Part shown: positions 51,306 through 62,585 of the stretch, piece after piece
Position numbering within the stretch: position 1 is the stretch's first letter
How the letters are laid out: each line of letters begins with the position of its first letter
Assembly (NCBI GenBank): GCA_965242695.1
Contig: CBDESU010000001.1
Coordinates: forward strand, 1,600,001-1,664,000
Origin: Cenarchaeum sp.
GTDB lineage: Archaea > Thermoproteota > Nitrososphaeria > Nitrososphaerales > Nitrosopumilaceae
Direction of reading: 5' to 3'
Length of the DNA: 64,000 nucleotides
Translations under genes and position numbers: made by a program
The notes under the pieces: generated by a model
The model's input: the letters and a program-made list of their open reading frames with translations, nothing else
What the model was told of the DNA's origin: nothing
The model's database searches: none

Positions 51306-52826
51306 TCAGCCTAGCAGGCAGTACGCGTAGCCGGCCCGCATCGTCGGGTACATGACGCTAGCCCTGCTGTCCGAGTGTAGCAGCCCTATCGTGTGGCCGA
51401 GCTCGTGCGTCATTATCCGCCGGACGGTATCGACGTCGTACAGCTGGAACGTCCCGTCGCACGCATAGTCGCCGAGTGCGACCTCGACGACGCCCTTGCC
51501 GACGTGGGCGTGGCCGAGCACGCCCTCGCCCAGGTCGCGCACGACCCAAGTCACCCACACGTTGGCAAGGTCCTTTCTGTCCGTGTGCTCGAACCTCACC
51601 TTTGCATCGCGCCCGCCGGCGGTCAGGCCCTGCCCCTCCCAGTACGCCAGCGAGTCCGAGAGCGTGCCGACGTGGTCTAGCGGCAGGCCCGAGGGCTGCT
51701 CGTTGACGTACATGTGGTACGTGACGACGACGGTCCCGTCGGGCGCCGCGCGCGCACCGGGGCTCGGGAACGACGTGGACGCCCTGGCCGCCTCGTCGTC
51801 AAAGTTCCACTTTATGTAGTCGCGCATGAACTTTTTGATCACCTCGCCGCTCGGGTTGGGGTGCTCTACGTACCTCGTCTCGCCGGCGGCGCTTGCCACC
51901 GCGTGGAGGTAGCTGTCGAGCGCGGACAGCTCGGCGGCGCGGTAGCGCTCGGCAGCGCCCTCCGGCAGGGGGCGCTGCGGCGGGTGCGCCAGGCCGGCGT
52001 CGAACATGTAGCGCAGCGCCGAGACGAACTCGGCCGGGCGCGATGCGCCGGCCCCCCACGCGGATGCGGAATCCTCGACCCAGGCGGGCAGCGCCCGCGG
52101 CCGCGATCGGTCCGACTCGCTCGGCAGCGGGTCTGGGCGCGGCACGCCCACCACGCCGATCCCCGCCAGGTGGGAAAAGGCGGCGGCAAACTCGGCGTCG
52201 GTTGTGCGGCCGGCGGCCCACGCGGCGGCTATCGCGCGCGTCCACTCGGGCGCGGCCGCCGGCACGCCCCTGTTGTCGAGCATGTCCGGCCGCCCGGTCG
52301 GCTCGTACGGGAACTTTGCAAGCACGCCGGATACGACGTCGCGGTAGTTGCGCGCCACCTCCCAGTCGGGATCGGCCAGGGCGGCCTCGGCCAGGTAGCG
52401 CTCGGCCTCGGCGTACTCGCCCAGGTTGCCAAGCCCCATGCCAAGGCCGGCGAGCGCCAGGGCGTCGGACCTGTCGGCCTGGTGGGCCCTGTAGAACTGC
52501 TTGATCGAGCCGGCGTCATCGCCGATGCTCGACAGCGCTACGCCCTTCATGTTCAGGGCCGCCGCGTACTGCGGCCAGTCGGCAAGCACGCCGTCGTAGA
52601 CGGCGATCGCCTCGCGGTGGCGGCCCTCCGAGGACATCTCCAGCCCCGAGGCTACCGCCTCGGCTGCGTCGGCGCGCGAGATCTTGGCGGCGTCGGCGTC
52701 CGGCAGGCAGCCGGCCGCGGCGGCGGCCACTGCGGCCAGCGCCACGATGGCGGCGCCGGATGCGCGGGCGGCGCGGCGGCGGTCGAGGCCTGCCGGCTGC
52801 GCGAGCCGCCAAGAGGGATCGCACAT
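51306..52826 (-). CDS. Secreted TPR + matrixin-type zinc metalloprotease
   Basis: Signal-like hydrophobic N-terminus, TPR repeats, P.W..A..W thaumarchaeal repeats, HELGHTIGLLH and Met-turn SVMYP. Confidence 0.85.
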   Translation of the reverse strand: MCDPSWRLAQPAGLDRRRAARASGAAIVALAAVAAAAAGCLPDADAAKISRADAAEAVASGLEMSSEGRHREAIAVYDGVLADWPQYAAALNMKGVALSSIGDDAGSIKQFYRAHQADRSDALALAGLGMGLGNLGEYAEAERYLAEAALADPDWEVARNYRDVVSGVLAKFPYEPTGRPDMLDNRGVPAAAPEWTRAIAAAWAAGRTTDAEFAAAFSHLAGIGVVGVPRPDPLPSESDRSRPRALPAWVEDSASAWGAGASRPAEFVSALRYMFDAGLAHPPQRPLPEGAAERYRAAELSALDSYLHAVASAAGETRYVEHPNPSGEVIKKFMRDYIKWNFDDEAARASTSFPSPGARAAPDGTVVVTYHMYVNEQPSGLPLDHVGTLSDSLAYWEGQGLTAGGRDAKVRFEHTDRKDLANVWVTWVVRDLGEGVLGHAHVGKGVVEVALGDYACDGTFQLYDVDTVRRIMTHELGHTIGLLHSDSRASVMYPTMRAGYAYCLLG

Positions 52827-52971
52827 GCGGCGCACTAGCCCCGTTCCGATATTAACCGAGCACGCGGCCGCCGCCTGCGGCCGGCTGGGAACGCATTGGC
52901 GGACACCCGGAGGCGCAGGCGCGGCGGGAGCAGCAAGCGGCCCGCGCCGCAGAAGCCTTTTTACCACACGC

Positions 52972-53568
52972 ATGCCGACCAGCCGCATGGACGGCGGCGG
53001 CGGCGAAGACGCAAAGGCGCGCATTGCGCGGCTCGGCGCCGAGCTCGACGCGCTCGCGCAGCCCGACGACCTGCCCGGCATGATCCTGTCGGGCAACGCG
53101 GTTCGAAGGAGCGAGTACCTAGAGGCGGCCAACCTGAAGCGGTCCGAGATCATCGCCGCGTACAGGGAGCATACGGCCCACCTCGAGGGCCTTGTCGCGG
53201 CAGCCCTCGAGATCCAGTCCGAGCTGACCGAGCTTGTCCGCATGCAGTCCGAGATGGCGCCTGGCAGGTCAGGAAGGGCCAGGTCGGGCTCCGGCGGCGG
53301 GGCGGCCAAGAAGGCCGCTTCGGCGGGAAGGGCCAGGTCGGGCTCCGGCGGCGGGGCGGCCAAGAAGGCCGCTTCGGCGGGAAGGGCCAGGTCGGGCTCC
53401 GGCGGCGGGGCGGCCAAGAAGGCCGCTTCGGCGGGAAGGGCCAGGTCGGGCTCCGGCGGCGGGGCGGCCAAGAAGGCCGCTTCGGCGGGAAGGGCCAGGT
53501 CGGGCTCCGGCGGCGGGGCGGCCAAGAGGGCGGCGGGAAGGGCCAAGGCGGGCAGGCGCCGCCGCTAG
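52972..53568 (+). CDS. Coiled-coil hypothetical protein with a basic repeat tail
   Basis: Helical N-domain, then (GRARSGSGGGAAKKAASA)x~5. Confidence 0.65.
   Translation: MPTSRMDGGGGEDAKARIARLGAELDALAQPDDLPGMILSGNAVRRSEYLEAANLKRSEIIAAYREHTAHLEGLVAAALEIQSELTELVRMQSEMAPGRSGRARSGSGGGAAKKAASAGRARSGSGGGAAKKAASAGRARSGSGGGAAKKAASAGRARSGSGGGAAKKAASAGRARSGSGGGAAKRAAGRAKAGRRRR
53272..53545 (+). repeat. 54-bp coding tandem repeat x~5
   Basis: ggaagggccaggtcgggctccggcggcggggcggccaagaaggccgcttcggcg units. Confidence 0.93.
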
Positions 53569-54743
53569 GGGCCGGCAGGGCGCGCGCGGCGCACCGCGGC
53601 AACGTCGCCGGCGACGATCCGTTTAGTTGCAGACCCCGTCTCCACTAGCAGGGCGCCGTCCCCGTCAAGGCCGGCGGCCGTCCCCCGTACAGTGCGCCCG
53701 CCGCACTCTACGTCCACCTCGCGGCCAATCATCGACGAGCGTGCGGCCCACCTGCGGGCCACGCTGCCGGCCTCACCCCCGCCGCCGCGGCCGCCGCGCG
53801 CCAGCCCCTCAAGCTCCGCCTCGAGGCGCACGAGGAACTCCCGCGCCAGAAGGGCGGGATCCAACGCAGGCCCCCCGCCGCCGCGGCCCTGCGCTGCAAG
53901 GCTCGCCGCGCCGGCGTGGCCCCTCGGCTCGCCGGCCGCCGCGTCAATCTCCGCCGCATCGACGGCAATGTTGACTCCAACGCCGACTATGACCGAGTCC
54001 ATTACGCCCGATGCTCCGGCCGACGCATCGACCAGTATTCCGGCCGCCTTGCGCCCCCCGACGAGCAGATCGTTGGGCCACTTCAGGTCGGCCTCGATGC
54101 CGGCCGACCTTGATATTGCATCGGCCAGCGCCAGGGCGGCCGACAGCGGGACAAGAGTGGCCGCGCCGGCAGGGGGCCCCGGCTCGGCCACCACGGACAT
54201 CCACAGGCCGCCGGGCGGGGACACCCACCGCCTGCCTAGCCGTCCGCGGCCGGCCGTCTGCGTTCCTGCCACGACCACCAGGCCGTCGGCGCTCCCCCCC
54301 GCACCCGCCGCCAGCGATCGGGCCCGCTCCTGCGTAGAGTCGGCCGATCCGTAAAAGACCACGCGCGAGCCGAGGCGGGCGGCGCCGGGCGGGCCGCATG
54401 CTTCGCCCGGGCCGCGGCCGCGGCCGGCGATCTCCCACGGCAGCGCAAGCGGCGCGGGTCCCCGGGCAAGCAGGTACGCGCGGCTCCCGGTTCCGCCCGC
54501 ATCGATCACCGCGTACCCTAGCGAGCGCAGCTCGGCCACGCGCAGGGCCACCTCGCCCTCCCCGATCCCCAGGCGCACGGCAAGCTGCGCGGCAGGCTGA
54601 GGCGCGCCGGCTGGATCCCGCAGTGCGAGCAGCAGGGCCTCCGCCGCGCATTCCGTGCGCGAGTCGTACACGATCCCCGGCGGGACGGCGGGCAATGCCA
54701 AGGCTGATCCTCCATCACTGCCAACAGGGTCTGCAGGTGGCAA
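53565..54743 (-). CDS. birA: Biotin-protein ligase with N-terminal HTH
   Basis: DSTQ, QTAGRGRLGRRW.SP.GGLWMS, KWPNDL..GRKAAGIL, GVGVN. Confidence 0.92.
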   Translation of the reverse strand: MPPADPVGSDGGSALALPAVPPGIVYDSRTECAAEALLLALRDPAGAPQPAAQLAVRLGIGEGEVALRVAELRSLGYAVIDAGGTGSRAYLLARGPAPLALPWEIAGRGRGPGEACGPPGAARLGSRVVFYGSADSTQERARSLAAGAGGSADGLVVVAGTQTAGRGRLGRRWVSPPGGLWMSVVAEPGPPAGAATLVPLSAALALADAISRSAGIEADLKWPNDLLVGGRKAAGILVDASAGASGVMDSVIVGVGVNIAVDAAEIDAAAGEPRGHAGAASLAAQGRGGGGPALDPALLAREFLVRLEAELEGLARGGRGGGGEAGSVARRWAARSSMIGREVDVECGGRTVRGTAAGLDGDGALLVETGSATKRIVAGDVAAVRRARPAGP

Positions 54744-54777
54744 CGTGGCGCCCCGCAGCCCCGGCTATCCGGCGCAG

Positions 54778-55326
54778 CTAGAACCCAAGGTCAAAGCCGC
54801 CGCCGTCAAAGCCAGAGTCGACGCCGCCGTCCATGCCGCCCTCGTCGCCGGCCGTGCCGTCGCCGCCTCCGTCCTGGCCTCCTGCATCCTCGGGAATCTG
54901 GTCGGCCGGCACGTAGTCGGACATCGGCGCGCCGATCATGCTGAACATCATAGAGAACATCATCATGTCGATGACGCCGAAGAATATCATCATCGGGAAC
55001 AGGCCCCTGAACCCGTCCATCTCGCGGTTCAGGCCGTCCTTGTCCTTGGACTTGTACATCTGGACCATGCGGTCCCAGTTGCCCTGCATCTCGTGCAGGC
55101 GGCGCTCCAGCTCCTCGTCGCCCTTTTGCGTCGTCGACAGCTCTACCTTCTTGCCGAGCCACCCCTTCTTCTCTACGACGCGGATCAGGCCCCTCTTCTC
55201 CAGGTCCTCGAGGGCCGCGTCGAGCTCACGCGGGGTGAGCCGCGTCTCCTTTGCGATCTTGCCGAACTTTTTGATGCCCCTGCGTATGGCGCCGAGGACC
55301 ATGATGTCGCTTGGCTCGTAGTCCAC
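54778..55326 (-). CDS. Winged-helix protein with a hydrophobic Met-rich segment and acidic tail
   Basis: HTH-like N-terminus, LE.RGLI, T.KG..EL; GTG start. Confidence 0.7.
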   Translation of the reverse strand: MDYEPSDIMVLGAIRRGIKKFGKIAKETRLTPRELDAALEDLEKRGLIRVVEKKGWLGKKVELSTTQKGDEELERRLHEMQGNWDRMVQMYKSKDKDGLNREMDGFRGLFPMMIFFGVIDMMMFSMMFSMIGAPMSDYVPADQIPEDAGGQDGGGDGTAGDEGGMDGGVDSGFDGGGFDLGF

Positions 55327-55552
55327 GGGCGCGGGCCGCCTGCGCGCTATAAAAAACGTTGCGGGGGGCGGCTTGGCAGGGCGCGCGGGGGCTAGGGGTC
55401 GGACAGGCAGGCCGCATGCTCCCGCCTCTGGCGTGCGATCGCAGAGGCAGGCGGCGCGCGGCCCGAAATGCCAGGCGGGGGCGGTATCTCGGCACGAGTA
55501 CGCCCGATCGCGGCTGCGCCGCAGTTATAGGAGCGCGCCCGTGCGCGGCTGC

Positions 55553-55975
55553 ATGGACGAGCGCGATGCCCACGGCGATGCCGACATACGCCGCATCCTC
55601 TCTCGCCGCCGCGTGGCCGTCGTCGGCATGTCAAGGGATCCCTCAAAGGACGCGCATATGGTGCCGCGGTACCTGATCCGGCACGGGTACGACGTCGTCC
55701 CCGTCAACCCGCTGGCAGGCGAGATACTCGGTCGGCGATCCTACCCGTCCACATCCGCCGTCGACGGCCCGATAGACACGCTCTGCGTGTTCCGGCCGTC
55801 CGGCCAGGTCCTGCCCGCCGTCCTCGATGCGTTGCCCAAGAGGCCGCGCGCCGTGTGGCTGCAGGAGGGTATCCACAACGCCGAGGCCGAGGAGGCCGCA
55901 GGGCGCTCCGGCGCCGAGGTCGTATTCAACCGGTGCATGCTCGCCGAGCATCGCCGCCTGGTGGCGGGACGATGA
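55553..55975 (+). CDS. CoA-binding protein (YccU-like)
   Basis: VAVVGMS, GY.V.PVNP, VFRP, VWLQEG, NRC. Confidence 0.9.
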   Translation: MDERDAHGDADIRRILSRRRVAVVGMSRDPSKDAHMVPRYLIRHGYDVVPVNPLAGEILGRRSYPSTSAVDGPIDTLCVFRPSGQVLPAVLDALPKRPRAVWLQEGIHNAEAEEAAGRSGAEVVFNRCMLAEHRRLVAGR

Positions 55976-56400
55976 CGGAAGAGTCCTGCCGGGGCGGCGG
56001 CGAGGGCGGCGGCCCCGACGAGAGCCTGCTCGAGTGCCTGCGCAGGGCGGCCGCCGAGTACGGCGCCCGCACCGGCATGCAGGCGCGCGTCGAGTCGACT
56101 CCGTCCGGCGCCGTCAAGGCCTACGGTCCGTCCGCATCCCCCATCGGCAGGGCCCTTGACGGCCTGGCTGACGTGCGCGAGCTTTCGTACACGGCAGCCG
56201 AGCACCACCCGTTCTGGCCGCTGCTGTACCACGCGGCCGACGTGGCCGAGGCCGTCCTTGCAAAGTGGGAGGGGGACCGGCGGCTGGAGCCCGGCGAGAT
56301 CGATGAGATGCGCTGGTCGCTCGGCGTGATGGGCGACGCGCTCGACCGCCTTTCCGCGGGCGCGGGCGACGGCAAGGGGGACGGGCAACCCGACGCGTGA
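55972..56400 (+). CDS. Hypothetical protein
   Basis: ATGA overlap with the upstream gene; HP.W..LYH pattern. Confidence 0.6.
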   Translation: MTEESCRGGGEGGGPDESLLECLRRAAAEYGARTGMQARVESTPSGAVKAYGPSASPIGRALDGLADVRELSYTAAEHHPFWPLLYHAADVAEAVLAKWEGDRRLEPGEIDEMRWSLGVMGDALDRLSAGAGDGKGDGQPDA

Positions 56401-56452
56401 CGGGCGTTCGGGGGCCGGCCCGCGCCGGAAAAAACAGGGGAAGTGCGAATGC

Positions 56453-56824
56453 TCACCCTATCCGCTTGTACACGACCTTGAACTCTTCGGCCAGGGTGTA
56501 CGCGAGGTTGAGCAGGTGGCACAGCTCGTTCATCGTTCCCTTGCCGTGGGCAAGCTGCCGCAGGAACGTGAGCGCCTTCATGTCCGAGTTTGGCGCGAGC
56601 GGCGCATCGCCGTTCCATGTGCGGAACGCGGATGCCACCTCTAGGCAAAAGTTGAGGACAAACTGCTCGCGGCCCTTCACCCCGGCGCCCGCGTCGGACG
56701 TGCGCCAGAACAGGGCCTCGCCGAGCGTGCGGAACTCGTTGCGCCTGTCTATGAACAACATGTCGAGGGCCCTAGCAGCCCTCTCGCCGCCGTACTCTTG
56801 CGTAAGCATGGTCATTGCAGGCAT
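56453..56824 (-). CDS. Hypothetical protein
   Basis: Normal globular composition; AT-rich promoter-like stretch upstream. Confidence 0.6.
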   Translation of the reverse strand: MPAMTMLTQEYGGERAARALDMLFIDRRNEFRTLGEALFWRTSDAGAGVKGREQFVLNFCLEVASAFRTWNGDAPLAPNSDMKALTFLRQLAHGKGTMNELCHLLNLAYTLAEEFKVVYKRIG

Positions 56825-56913
56825 GATTACCCTTCTAGATATAAGGCGTTGTGTGATGCTGCCTTACATGTGTTTGAAATTTAGGGCAAACAGCGTGCAC
56901 ATATCCGTTGCTC

Positions 56914-58338
<1,425 letters not shown>

Positions 58339-58380
58339 GCCCCTGCACCGCCCGCCGCAACGGCCCCACCCGCGGCACCC

Positions 58381-58686
58381 TCAGACGTCGACGTAGATGC
58401 CATCGCCCCTCTCCTCGGCCCCGTACGTCTCGAGGCGGACGTCCTTGAGGTAGTCTAGCAGCTTGCCGGACTTGTAGTTATAGTGCCAAAAGTGGTGGGG
58501 GCACTCTATGACGTCGCCGTCTATCCTGCCGCCGGCGATCGACTGCTCCTGGTGGGCGCAGACGGCGTCGATCGCATGCAGGCGCCCGTCCGAGTTGATC
58601 AGCGCGATCCTCCTGCCGTCCACCTCGAACTCGGCGCTGCCGCCCCTAGGCACGCTGCCCCTGCCGGCTATCCGCCTCCAGGCCAC
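58381..58686 (-). CDS. Rieske [2Fe-2S] ferredoxin
   Basis: CAHQ...IECPHH; GTG start 58686 with TTTAAATA-like AT box upstream. Confidence 0.85.
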   Translation of the reverse strand: MAWRRIAGRGSVPRGGSAEFEVDGRRIALINSDGRLHAIDAVCAHQEQSIAGGRIDGDVIECPHHFWHYNYKSGKLLDYLKDVRLETYGAEERGDGIYVDV

Positions 58687-58961
58687 GCCGTCCCCGCCGC
58701 CGGCGCGGTTATTTAGATTGCCTCGCGCGGCGCGGCGGCCGGCACCGGCCCGGCGCCCGCGCGCGGCGATGGCAGCCGTCGCATCCCCCGTCCTGGGAAT
58801 TTGCAAAAGACGGCGCATGCCGTCAAGATCCCGCGCCAAAAAGCGCCCCGAGTGGAAAAAATCCCCGGCCATCGTGGCCGCAATGCACCGCCCCGCCAGC
58901 GGCCGCCGGCCCCCCTTCAAAATGGCAAGGGTTATAACGCCCCCGCGGGCGGCGCCGGACG

Positions 58962-60260
58962 ATGGCAGACAAGCCCCACTTGAACATGATCATCACGGGC
59001 CACATCGACAACGGCAAGTCGACTACGATGGGCCACTTCCTGATGGATCTCGGCGTCGTCGACGAGCGCACGATCGCCTCGCACGCCGAAGAGTCTGAAA
59101 AGACCGGCAAGGGCGACACGTTCAAGTATGCGTGGGTCATGGACAACATAAAGGACGAGAGGGAGAGGGGCATTACCATCGACTTGGCGTTCCAAAAGTT
59201 CGAGACGCCAAAGTACTTCTTCACGCTCATCGATGCGCCAGGCCACCGCGACTTCATCAAGAACATGATCACCGGCGCGTCCGAGGCAGACTGCGCCGTG
59301 CTCGTCCTGTCCGCAAAGGAGGGAGAGACCGACACCGCGACGGCCCCCGGCGGCCAGGCGCGCGAGCATGCATTCCTGCTAAAGACGCTCGGCGTCAACC
59401 AGCTGATCGTCGCCATCAACAAGATGGACGACAGCAAGTATTCCGAGGACGCCTACAAGGCGGCGACCGAAAAGGGGCAGGCGCTCATAAAGTCGGTCGG
59501 GTACAAGGTCGACCAGGTTCCGTTCATACCCGTGTCTGGCTGGAAGGGCGACAACCTCGTCAAAAAGTCCGAGAACATGGGCTGGTACAAGGGCAAGACG
59601 CTCCTAGAGGCGTTTGACGACTTTACCGTCCCCGACAAGCCGACCGGCAAGCCTCTGCGCATGCCGATCCAGGACGTGTACACGATCACCGGCGTCGGCA
59701 CCGTCCCCGTCGGCAGGGTCGAGACCGGGACGATGAAGCCGGCCGACAAGATCATCGTAATGCCGTCTGGCGCGCAGGGCGAGATAAAGTCTATCGAGAC
59801 GCACCACACCGAGATGAAGTCGGCCGAGGCCGGCGACAACATTGGGTGCAACCTGCGCGGCATCGACAAGAAGGACATCAAGAGGGGCGACGTCATCGGC
59901 ACTCCCGACGCCCCGCCCACCGTGGCAAAGGAGTTTCTCGCCCAGATCATCGTCATCCACCACCCGACGGCCGTCGCGCCAGGCTACACGCCCGTCATGC
60001 ACTGCCACACGGCGCAGGTGGCCGCGACGATCACCGAGTTTGTCTCGAAGATCAACCCCGCGACCGGCGCAGTAGAGGAAGAGGGGCCAAAGTTCCTAAA
60101 GGTCGGCGACTCTGCCATGGTAAAGGTGCGGCCCGTCCGCCCCACGCCGATCGAGACGTTCAAGGAGTTTCCCGAGATGGGCCGCTTTGCGCTGCGCGAC
60201 ATGGGCGCGACCATTGCGGCCGGCATCGTAAAGGAAATAACAGAGCGGCACAACGCCTAG
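58962..60260 (+). CDS. tuf: Translation elongation factor EF-1alpha
   Basis: GHIDNGKST, ERERGITID, DAPGHRDF, NKMD, MGRFALRDMG. Confidence 0.98.
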   Translation: MADKPHLNMIITGHIDNGKSTTMGHFLMDLGVVDERTIASHAEESEKTGKGDTFKYAWVMDNIKDERERGITIDLAFQKFETPKYFFTLIDAPGHRDFIKNMITGASEADCAVLVLSAKEGETDTATAPGGQAREHAFLLKTLGVNQLIVAINKMDDSKYSEDAYKAATEKGQALIKSVGYKVDQVPFIPVSGWKGDNLVKKSENMGWYKGKTLLEAFDDFTVPDKPTGKPLRMPIQDVYTITGVGTVPVGRVETGTMKPADKIIVMPSGAQGEIKSIETHHTEMKSAEAGDNIGCNLRGIDKKDIKRGDVIGTPDAPPTVAKEFLAQIIVIHHPTAVAPGYTPVMHCHTAQVAATITEFVSKINPATGAVEEEGPKFLKVGDSAMVKVRPVRPTPIETFKEFPEMGRFALRDMGATIAAGIVKEITERHNA

Positions 60261-60276
60261 CGGCCGCATCGTATGG

Positions 60277-60594
60277 ATGGTGCGTGCAATGGGCCAGATA
60301 GCGCGCGTAAAGCTTGCCAGCACCAACCTTGCAAAGCTAGAGGCGGTCTGCGAGGATATAGTCGGAATCGGCCGCAAGACCGGCGTCAAGGTGAGGGGGC
60401 CCATACCGCTGCCCGTCAAGAGGCTCAACATACCGACGCGCAAGTCGCCGTGCGGCAACGGCACCGAGACGTACGAAAAGTGGGAGTGGCGGCTCCACAA
60501 GAGGATCATCGACATAAACGCCGACGCAAAGGCCCTCAAGCACCTCATACGCCTAAACCCCGACGACGTGCGCATCGAGATGGTAATGAAGTAG
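60277..60594 (+). CDS. rps10: 30S ribosomal protein S10
   Basis: GPIPLP, RKSPCG.G..T.EKWE.R.HKR.ID; start may be 60289. Confidence 0.96.
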   Translation: MVRAMGQIARVKLASTNLAKLEAVCEDIVGIGRKTGVKVRGPIPLPVKRLNIPTRKSPCGNGTETYEKWEWRLHKRIIDINADAKALKHLIRLNPDDVRIEMVMK

Positions 60595-61061
60595 GCGCAT
60601 ATGGCGGGCGCCGCCTCGCGGCGCGCCTTCCGCCCCCCAGAGTTCCCCCACATACATCCTCCCCGTCCCCCTTTGCGTCGCGGCCCCATGCCGCGGGCAT
60701 GCGGCGGCCTCCGCCCCCCGCCCGCCGGCTCGGTGCGCACCACGGGGGCGGGCAAGGCGGCCGGCCCAGGCATCGGAAGCGGCGTCGGACATCGGGGCGG
60801 CACGGGGAAGTGGCAGGCCTGCGGCAGTGCCGCCTGCGCCCCCGGGCGCATAGTCCGCACGGGCTGCGATCGGGGTGCGGGATGCGAACGGTCCGCGGGC
60901 CGCCGGCGCGATTAGCCGGCCGGCATGCTCCGTGTCCGCCTAGCGCCGCGGCCTTGTCCGGCGGCTGCGGGCCGCCCGCGCGTTCAACTGGCCGGCATGC
61001 CCCTTGCAGGGGTGCAACCCCCCGCATCACGGCACGGCCCCCATCGAGGCCCGGCCGCGGC

Positions 61062-62585
61062 CTATCCGAGCAGCAGGAACATGGACGCGGGCACCGCCGC
61101 AAACCCGGCCCGCTCGCCGAGCTCGCCCCTTGTGACCAGCACGCCCCCCTTTGCCCCCGTCGCCTTTCTAAAGTCCGACAGGCCGTACAGGTCGCTGCGC
61201 GAGATGTTGCCCTGGTACTTGACCTCGATCGGCACGAGTGACCTCGAGTCGCGCACCACAAGGTCGACCTCCCTCCTTGCCCTTCCGCCCCCCATCCAGT
61301 AGAACACCGCATGGGCCTTGCGGAACCCGACCTTGGTCGGCGCCAGGGCAAACGCCAGGCGGGTTGCGTGGTCCGCCACCGCCTGCTCGACAAGCGCGGC
61401 CTTTTTTTCCGGGTCTGCCAGGCGCTCGACGCTAGCGTCGAACGGATCGCCCTGTATGTACGCGCCGCTGTGGGCGTGGAAGAAGAACGGATCCTGCAGG
61501 TACAGCTTTTTCGGGCTGTCGAACTTTGGCCTATCCGTCGCCGAGTTGTACCTGTACAGCACGTGCAGTGCGAACGTGTCGTCGAGCGCCTCGATGCACC
61601 CCTCCACCGTATGCGGGCTCTCTATCCCGGTGTCCCGCCTCAGCGAGCTCCACGAGACGCCGCTGCCGGTCGAGCGCAGTATGTTGGGAACCAGCCGCGA
61701 TATGTTCGAGACGTTCCTGCCCGACCGCGCCAGGTCCCTCTCCGCCCCGGCCAGGTACGCCTCGTACGTGGCCCGCTCTATGCGCATCGTCCTCTGGAAC
61801 TCGTCGACGACGGCCGGCATTCCGCCCGCCTTGAGGTACGCGTCGAGGTGACCGTCAAGATCGGACTTGTACGCCGACAGGTCCGCCAGCACGGCGTCGG
61901 CGGCCCCCGACGCCACCTCCCTTGCAAGCCGCGCCCTGCCGGCGGCGTCCGCAAGCCCCAGATCGGACAGCCTCCCCGCAATCTCCCCGTCCCTGGCGCG
62001 CACGAACTCGCCAAAGCTCATCGGCCGGAGCACCTTGTCGAGTGGATCGTCGTTGGTCGTCGTCCCCCGCCGGCCCGTCATCGACTCGGCCCCGCGCCTC
62101 ACGTCCATGGAGTGCGAGCCGGACACCACTACCGTGTGGCCCTCCAGCCGGCCCATGTCCCTTAGCAGCTTTAGGGCCTTTTGCCAGTCCCGCACTGACG
62201 ATATCTCGTCAAGAAAGACAAACCGCCTGCCCTCGGCCGCCCCGCCCACCCGCGCAGAGTACTCGTCGAGCACGCCGACCACGTCGGCGGGGCTGCCGCC
62301 GAGGTCGAACGAGTAGTACATGACGTTCCACCGCGGGACGGCGGCGGCGAGCAGCCGCTTCACCTCCAGCTTCAGCAGCGTCGTCTTGCCCACCTGCCGC
62401 GGCCCGCGCAGCGAGTAGATCAGATCGCCATCCCTGAACGAGTGGTCCCGGCCAGCATCCCTGCGAACCTTGGACTTTTCCCACGCCTTGACGCTCGGAT
62501 CGTCGCCCATGTCATACTCCGCTCTCCACCACGGGTTGAAGCTTTCAAGACTCAGCACCGACACGACCCTAGGCACGATGGGCAT
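61062..62585 (-). CDS. AAA_14 ATPase with DUF4143 (PD-(D/E)xK-like) C-terminus
   Basis: NPWW, GPRQVGKTT, FLDEI, SGS, PMSF.EF, GGMP, KKLY..D, EVD...PIEVKY. Confidence 0.88.
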   Translation of the reverse strand: MPIVPRVVSVLSLESFNPWWRAEYDMGDDPSVKAWEKSKVRRDAGRDHSFRDGDLIYSLRGPRQVGKTTLLKLEVKRLLAAAVPRWNVMYYSFDLGGSPADVVGVLDEYSARVGGAAEGRRFVFLDEISSVRDWQKALKLLRDMGRLEGHTVVVSGSHSMDVRRGAESMTGRRGTTTNDDPLDKVLRPMSFGEFVRARDGEIAGRLSDLGLADAAGRARLAREVASGAADAVLADLSAYKSDLDGHLDAYLKAGGMPAVVDEFQRTMRIERATYEAYLAGAERDLARSGRNVSNISRLVPNILRSTGSGVSWSSLRRDTGIESPHTVEGCIEALDDTFALHVLYRYNSATDRPKFDSPKKLYLQDPFFFHAHSGAYIQGDPFDASVERLADPEKKAALVEQAVADHATRLAFALAPTKVGFRKAHAVFYWMGGGRARREVDLVVRDSRSLVPIEVKYQGNISRSDLYGLSDFRKATGAKGGVLVTRGELGERAGFAAVPASMFLLLG

